Of a stretch of DNA of 64,000 bases, positions 58,446-64,000 are shown piece after piece (the stretch's first letter is position 1; every line of letters begins with the position of its first letter). The position numbers and the translations under genes were made by a program. The notes beneath the pieces were generated by a model. That model made no database searches. It was not told where the DNA came from and was given only the letters and a program-made list of their open reading frames with translations. The stretch comes from Candidatus Thorarchaeota archaeon (GTDB taxonomy: Archaea > Asgardarchaeota > Thorarchaeia > Thorarchaeales > Thorarchaeaceae): positions 43,460-107,459 of the forward strand of contig DXJO01000010.1 in the NCBI GenBank assembly GCA_019057475.1, given 5' to 3'.

Positions 58446-59144
58446 ATGAGGACTGTCATAGTGCCAACCCTCAATGAAGAAGATAACATTGAACGCCTGG
58501 TTCGTTCGATCTTCAAAGTACTTGGCACTTGGAACACTCATGTCCTTATCGTCGACGACGACAGTACTGACCGTACACATGAGGTTGTATCAGATTTATG
58601 CAACGAGTTCCCTAGTCTACACATGATTGTACGAAAGGGAGAACGCGGTCTTGGCAGTGCGGTACGCTTGGGTGCATCTCACTATCGTCAGAGCCAAGTC
58701 GTAGTCATGGATGCTGACCTATCACACAATCCCAAGTATCTCCCATCAATGTTTGAGAAACTTGAACAGGGATTTGACGTGGTTGTTGGCTCAAGATATA
58801 TCCCGAAAGGTGACATTGTCGGGTGGCTGGGAAGCCGAATTGCAATCAGCAAAGTGGCGACCGCGATGGCCAGAGCGGTGTTCAGGGTTCCAGTGAGTGA
58901 CCCGATGAGTGGGTTCGTGGGATGCAGGTCTGGAAGGCTCTTGGAAGAAGGCTTTGACCATGCGGACTTCAAGTTCCTTCTTGAGATGCTTGTTAAAAAT
59001 AGGTCACTCAGAGTCACCGAGGTCCCGATTGTATTTCATGATCGGGCGAAGGGAACAAGCAAACTCGGTGCAATCACAATCGCGCTCTATATTGGTCTTG
59101 TTCTCCGGTTACTGTTCACCAAAGGCAGGAGGCCTCTTTCATGA
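58446..59144 (+). CDS. GT2 polyprenol-phosphate glycosyltransferase (Dpm1-like).
   Basis: VIVPTLNEEDNI ... IVDDDSTD ... DAD. A short C-terminal helix is present. Confidence 0.7.
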   Translation: MRTVIVPTLNEEDNIERLVRSIFKVLGTWNTHVLIVDDDSTDRTHEVVSDLCNEFPSLHMIVRKGERGLGSAVRLGASHYRQSQVVVMDADLSHNPKYLPSMFEKLEQGFDVVVGSRYIPKGDIVGWLGSRIAISKVATAMARAVFRVPVSDPMSGFVGCRSGRLLEEGFDHADFKFLLEMLVKNRSLRVTEVPIVFHDRAKGTSKLGAITIALYIGLVLRLLFTKGRRPLS

Positions 59145-61258
59145 TTGTTGAAGCCCTGCCCAGATTACGCGAAGTCAAAAAGGTAGACATTCTCCTTGCG
59201 GTCTCGGTCCTCCTGAATATCTTGATGGCCATAGCGATGAGAATAGTCGGGAGCTCGATGTATCCATTCTTCATCTTGATTTATACTTGGATTGCAGTCT
59301 ACGCGGTCTTCCTATCGCTTATCCTTCGTAGGAACAGAATAGTCGAAAACCCGCTTATCCGGAAGGGGGTTTCCTTGGCGTTGCTGGTCATGTTGACCAT
59401 CCTTGTCAGACTCGTTTTCATTGGACAAACCGAGCTGATTTCTCTCGATAGTGTCTGGTACCTGGATTTCGGCAAATTCATCCAGATGAACATGATGCCA
59501 TACGCCGACTTCTACTTCCCTTACCCTCCCGTCTTTGCCTACTTCATTGTGGTGATCTTCAACCTAGCTCCATCTATAGACAGCTTTAGGGTACTAGCGG
59601 CGCTGCTTGATGGAGCGGTCCTTATCGTGCTGTGGAAGATTGCTGATCGCCATGCGGGACCAAAGTGGGCTTCCTTTGTAGCGCTTGCCTATTCTCTGCT
59701 TCCAATCTCCATTATCGAGTCCGGTTGGAATGGGCACTTCGAACCGCTTGCCAATCTATTCATGCTGTTGTCGTTGTGGTTCATCTTTGATGGCCGCCAC
59801 CGATTGAGCAGCTTGGCACTGGGCTTGGCTGTCGCCACGAAAGTATATCCTCTTCTTCTGGCGCCTATCTTCTTCTTTTACATCAAGAGCTGGCGAAAAA
59901 GGATCGAGTTTGCTGTAGTAGGAACTTCGACCACTGCGTTGACATTTCTACCATTCATCATTCCTGTCTGGATGAGGGGTGGCACGGTTCCACCTAATGG
60001 TGCAACTCCTTCCAGCAGTTCCACTGATTTATTCAGTTCTCTCCTTGGCTTTCTGACCAGTCCACAATATCCCACTCAGGTCGTGTCAATCATTGTCTTC
60101 GCATTGGTCTTTCTGGGAAGCATCATGATAGTTCGACAGCTGGCTCAAGATAATCCCCAATCGAACCATCGTGTGTATCAATGGGCGGTGTTGTTTGCAG
60201 GCGCTGTCCTCGTAGTGATGGGTTTGGCTGCCGCTCTGTACCCCCTATCTCCTCTGTCGAGGTATGTCTATTGGCGCTATCCTCCCGATATAGGAATTGT
60301 GAGGGGCGCCTCAGCTGTCTTCATTGGCTCCCTAATCATGATGATGGGATATCGAGGTCTTCGGAAGAAAACAACGATTACTGTTTCCACGAACTCGATG
60401 GTCCTCCTTGTTTCGGGAGCACTGCTTCTCATCATGACAATGTCACGCGGCGTCTTCTATGGATGGTATCTTCTCTGGCCCTTGCCAATGTTCTTTTTAT
60501 TGAGGAACAAAAAGCTCGCTATCTTTACGCTGCTTTGTCTTCTACTGATTTATCCCAGCTATACGCATGACAACTTCGCGTCGCTGGGCTTCGAGGAGAA
60601 CAGGCTGTGGCAAGACGAGTTCACATCCATGGACGGATGGGTACCATATGTCAACATATCTGGAACCGGACTACAGCCCAACTTGGTGGAAGCTGGGGTC
60701 CGCTCCAATGGGGGCCTAGGAGAGTTCTGGTTCGACACTAGTGATGTATCAAACGCGTCGCGGCTAGAGAATGTGACAATCTCCTATACGAAATCGGTCC
60801 AAATCGATTTCAATATCGATATTGAATTCGTGACAAGGATGACCGCCAGCTGGGATCCCACCTTTGGACGATACGCAGACATTTCCCTGATGTACGAGGG
60901 TCACGATGAATATGGCCATCGCATCAACGGCACAATCATACCTATGATTAGTCTGATGACCAATCTAACCTTCGTCCTGTGGCGGTATTCCTTCTCGATT
61001 GCCGAAGTCCCTGTGAATGCGGGGACTATTGACAACCTCACTCTTGTCGTTTATCCTGTGCGGTCGGGGTACGCGTTTTATGGAGTCGACTTCTTCTACA
61101 CAACCTACTATGGGCTCTTGAATCCCTCATTCTTCCTGTTCATGCCCATCCACATGGCCTTGGCACTTACCGCATACGCTGTCCTTCATTTTGAGCTGAA
61201 GAGATTGGATCAATACGTCACAAGGAAGAAGGAGTTAGATCCAGAGTCTGCAAAATGA
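59141..61258 (+). CDS. Large polytopic membrane protein (GT-C-like / DUF2029-like).
   Basis: About 13 TM helices over 450 aa, then a roughly 250-aa N-glycosylation-sequon-rich soluble domain. ATGA overlap with the GT2 gene. Confidence 0.45.
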   Translation: MIVEALPRLREVKKVDILLAVSVLLNILMAIAMRIVGSSMYPFFILIYTWIAVYAVFLSLILRRNRIVENPLIRKGVSLALLVMLTILVRLVFIGQTELISLDSVWYLDFGKFIQMNMMPYADFYFPYPPVFAYFIVVIFNLAPSIDSFRVLAALLDGAVLIVLWKIADRHAGPKWASFVALAYSLLPISIIESGWNGHFEPLANLFMLLSLWFIFDGRHRLSSLALGLAVATKVYPLLLAPIFFFYIKSWRKRIEFAVVGTSTTALTFLPFIIPVWMRGGTVPPNGATPSSSSTDLFSSLLGFLTSPQYPTQVVSIIVFALVFLGSIMIVRQLAQDNPQSNHRVYQWAVLFAGAVLVVMGLAAALYPLSPLSRYVYWRYPPDIGIVRGASAVFIGSLIMMMGYRGLRKKTTITVSTNSMVLLVSGALLLIMTMSRGVFYGWYLLWPLPMFFLLRNKKLAIFTLLCLLLIYPSYTHDNFASLGFEENRLWQDEFTSMDGWVPYVNISGTGLQPNLVEAGVRSNGGLGEFWFDTSDVSNASRLENVTISYTKSVQIDFNIDIEFVTRMTASWDPTFGRYADISLMYEGHDEYGHRINGTIIPMISLMTNLTFVLWRYSFSIAEVPVNAGTIDNLTLVVYPVRSGYAFYGVDFFYTTYYGLLNPSFFLFMPIHMALALTAYAVLHFELKRLDQYVTRKKELDPESAK

Positions 61259-61371
61259 CAATCGGGTGTAGTGCCAGAGCCTCCTAGATTCCAAGAATGC
61301 TCAGGCGCTGGACATGTTCCAGCAACATTTAAAGCAGCACACGAATTGCTGCGCAGCAGGTGTGAAACGGG

Positions 61372-62322
61372 ATGGAACGCGTTCTTGTGACAGGAGGAGC
61401 TGGCTTCATTGGAAGCCACCTAGTCGACCGATTGATTCGTGACAACGAGGTTGTTGTTCTTGATGACCTATCAGCAGGTTCTGAAGAAAACCTGCAACAA
61501 CATATGGACAATGAACGGTTTAGATTCATCAAAGGTTCAATCACAAGGGAAAAAGATGTCAATATGGCCCTAGATGGAGTCACTATAGTGTTTCATTTTG
61601 CCGCACAGCCAGACGTTCGCCTCAGCGTTGAGCGTCCGAAATGGGACTTCGAGATCAACGTTGGAGGAAGCTTGGAACTCCTAGAGGCCATGAGAAAGAA
61701 CGATGTGAAGCGGATGGTATTCGCTTCATCCGGCGGGACTGTCTATGGAGAAACAGATGTCTTTCCAACCCCTGAGGTCACTGCCTTCCGTCCAATAAGC
61801 AACTATGGCGCTGCGAAGGGTGCATTTGAGATGTACCTGAACTCATACGCCGAGCTATACGGGATTGACTCAGTTAGTATGAGGTTAGCAAACGTAATCG
61901 GGCCACGGTCAGCTCATGGAGTAATGCATGACTTCTACATGAAGCTAAAGAGGAATCCAAAACATCTCGAGGTCCTTGGGGACGGAACACAGGAGAAGGC
62001 ATACATGTACATTTCCGACACCGTCGAGGCTGCGTTGGTCCTTGCTGAGAATATTGGGAGGGGTCACCTCCCGGTGAATGTGAGTTCCGGGGAGCGACTG
62101 ACCGTTACTCGCATCGCTGAGCTTGTGTGCAAGGAACTCGGCGTTCCCAACGCACACTTAGCCTACACCGGTGGCAAACGTGGGTGGACTGGAGACGTCG
62201 TTAGGACCGATATTGACATCACCAAGCTAGCGTCATTTGGATGGCAGCCTCGTGTTCCGCTCGAAGAAGGAGTCAGGCTCTACCTGCGTTGGCTAATCAA
62301 GAAGTTCGGCCCTGTGAAGTAG
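61372..62322 (+). CDS. NAD-dependent sugar epimerase/dehydratase.
   Basis: VTGGAGFIGSH and YGAAK. Confidence 0.8.
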   Translation: MERVLVTGGAGFIGSHLVDRLIRDNEVVVLDDLSAGSEENLQQHMDNERFRFIKGSITREKDVNMALDGVTIVFHFAAQPDVRLSVERPKWDFEINVGGSLELLEAMRKNDVKRMVFASSGGTVYGETDVFPTPEVTAFRPISNYGAAKGAFEMYLNSYAELYGIDSVSMRLANVIGPRSAHGVMHDFYMKLKRNPKHLEVLGDGTQEKAYMYISDTVEAALVLAENIGRGHLPVNVSSGERLTVTRIAELVCKELGVPNAHLAYTGGKRGWTGDVVRTDIDITKLASFGWQPRVPLEEGVRLYLRWLIKKFGPVK

Positions 62323-62441
62323 CATCGCTGTCGAAGAGGAATCTCATTGAAAAGGCAGCTCCAACGGACTGTTCTGGTGTTCGGATTTCTCTCCAATCCA
62401 CTTATATCATAACTGTGGCGATTCGATTTCCCAGTTATTAG

Positions 62442-63728
62442 ATGGTTGCTACCTTGAAACCGCCGAGTTCCCCAAAGCGCATTGCCGTCTTTGTTGAGCA
62501 TTTTCCTCCATATCTTGGTTCAGACAGGTCCATCTTCGAGTTGTCCAAGAGGGCAGCCGCAAGGGGTGTGAAGATCCATTTCGTGGTTACACAGCCACTT
62601 CGGTATCTCTATGGTCAGCGTCCGAAAACTTGGAAGTACAAGGAAAACTGGAAGGGTCCACCTCCAAAGGTTCACAGCAATATCAGCGCGAGATACTTGC
62701 TCTTGGGGAAGTGGATAGAGGCACTATGGCTTCGCTTTCTGCCCTTGGCTTATCTGATAACACTAGTACTCTTCACCGCATCCTCGCTGAAGGAACTACT
62801 CCGCTTCAGGCCGGATATGGTCGTTTGTGCACATGCATCTCCTATCCTTGGCGTAGTGGCGTATCTCTCTGCAAAGCTCTCCTTCAAGCCAATACTGATG
62901 GCCGTTCCTGATTGGATGTCCGCATATGCGGCTGGTTTAATGCAGGAAAGTATGGCTAGCCTTGGCCCTTCTCTGCTGCAGATGGTCGAGCTCAGGCTCT
63001 ACAAGTTGGCGAACCGAATCATCACTGCAACAGAGTTCTTGAAGAGTCTCTTGACTGATTATGGGGTTCGACCGGAAATTATGACCGTGATTCCAAACGG
63101 TGTAGACCCCGATCAATTCTCTCCTTCAATCGACTGTTCTGATATCGTTCAGAAGTATCGGCTCAAGAACCGCTGTGTCGTCCTATTCTCAGGCCATCTG
63201 GAGGAGTGGGCTGGACTGTCACTCATCTATGACCTAGCGAAACGGCTTGATAGTGATGTTCCTCAGTCGCACATTCTCCTCGTTGGATCCGGGAGAACGG
63301 TAGGGCTGCTCCTTGGGAAGCTCGTTACCAGTGGTTTGGGCCACATGGTGACACATGCCGGATTCCATCCATTCAAGGAGATGCCCAAGTTCATTGCTAC
63401 TTCAGATGTTGCGCTATGCCTCTTTCCTGACACCCCTGTGTCCCACGCAGCATCCCCATTGAAGCTATTCGAGTACATGGGATCTGGAAGAGCTATAGTT
63501 GCTACATCGGTAGCGGGCACATCTGAGATTCTTGACGATACTATGGGTGTCTTGATTCCGCCCGGCAATGTTGATGAAATATGTGATGCAGTCGTGAAAC
63601 TCTGTCAGCATCCCGATCTACGGAAGGAACTAGGCGAGAAGGCTCGTAGAGTTGTCACTCAGAAGTATACTTGGGAATTCCTTGCGGGACGATTCCTAAA
63701 TGAATGCAGGACCACTCTCAAATCTTAA
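62442..63728 (+). CDS. GT4/GT1-family glycosyltransferase.
   Basis: C-terminal GT-B domain with the E...E motif region (FEYMGSGRAIVAT). Confidence 0.7.
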   Translation: MVATLKPPSSPKRIAVFVEHFPPYLGSDRSIFELSKRAAARGVKIHFVVTQPLRYLYGQRPKTWKYKENWKGPPPKVHSNISARYLLLGKWIEALWLRFLPLAYLITLVLFTASSLKELLRFRPDMVVCAHASPILGVVAYLSAKLSFKPILMAVPDWMSAYAAGLMQESMASLGPSLLQMVELRLYKLANRIITATEFLKSLLTDYGVRPEIMTVIPNGVDPDQFSPSIDCSDIVQKYRLKNRCVVLFSGHLEEWAGLSLIYDLAKRLDSDVPQSHILLVGSGRTVGLLLGKLVTSGLGHMVTHAGFHPFKEMPKFIATSDVALCLFPDTPVSHAASPLKLFEYMGSGRAIVATSVAGTSEILDDTMGVLIPPGNVDEICDAVVKLCQHPDLRKELGEKARRVVTQKYTWEFLAGRFLNECRTTLKS

Positions 63729-64000
63729 GGACCCTCTCGTAGTACTCTACTGTTCTGTTAGCTGCGCGGCGCCAAGTTTCTCTCTGAGCATAGGACACCT
63801 GACTCTGGCCGAGCCTTGTCGCAAGGTTATCATCCGAAAGGATATTCTCTAGCCTCTTCGCGAGGCTCTTTGAATCACCTGCCTTGAAGAGGAGCACATT
63901 CCCACCGATGGACTCTCTCATGTGATAGCCAACATCTGCGGCTACAATCGGAATCCCATATCCTGCGTAATTGTGAATCGGACCACTCGCCCCCACGCTC
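63718..64000 (-). CDS. Glycosyltransferase group 1, C-terminal fragment that continues past the window edge.
   Basis: GYGIPIVAADVG ... GDSKSLAKRL GT-B C-terminal motifs. Confidence 0.5.
   Translation of the reverse strand, partial: SVGASGPIHNYAGYGIPIVAADVGYHMRESIGGNVLLFKAGDSKSLAKRLENILSDDNLATRLGQSQVSYAQRETWRRAANRTVEYYERVLKI

Noticed and set aside
1-64000. CRISPR arrays, rRNA genes and long tandem repeats.
   Set aside because: No regularly spaced direct repeats or rRNA-like conserved stretches were seen on reading the sequence.

Overview
This is a densely coded archaeal chromosomal segment of about 50% GC. Archaeal core genes are present: two TFB paralogs, aSUI1, RpoP, the tRNA-splicing endonuclease, a GGGP synthase fragment, type-2 MetAP, an archaeal/eukaryal-type LeuRS and UppP. 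Eukaryote-like markers (a Get3/ArsA-type ATPase, Roadblock/LC7, MetAP2 with an acidic N-terminal extension) hint at an Asgard-like or other uncultured archaeon, but taxonomy cannot be settled from sequence alone. The most notable feature is a compact selenocysteine locus at about 14.8-19.9 kb. It holds an aSelB-type elongation factor overlapping SepSecS, two uncharacterised ORFs, a tRNA-Sec(UCA) gene I folded by hand, and a divergently oriented PSTK. Neither SelD nor any UGA-interrupted selenoprotein gene was recognised in the window. Other content includes two paralogous ferredoxin-tungsten-AOR operons wired to a cyclic amidohydrolase and a PreA-like Fe-S dihydropyrimidine/dihydroorotate dehydrogenase with a MoaD/SAMP-like GG protein, a PfkB kinase and an M24 peptidase. 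There is an MvhD-domain/ferredoxin/CxxC-protein cluster and a precisely bounded IS element (12-bp inverted repeats, 9-bp target duplication) inserted upstream of leuS. A B12-like/radical-SAM/TRAM enzyme carries an interrupted cluster motif. A degenerate carbamoyltransferase-fold protein is paired with a PflX-like radical SAM enzyme. A VapBC pair sits next to an orphan HypC, and a long cell-surface glycosylation island has two large GT-C-like membrane proteins. No CRISPR array and no rRNA were seen.
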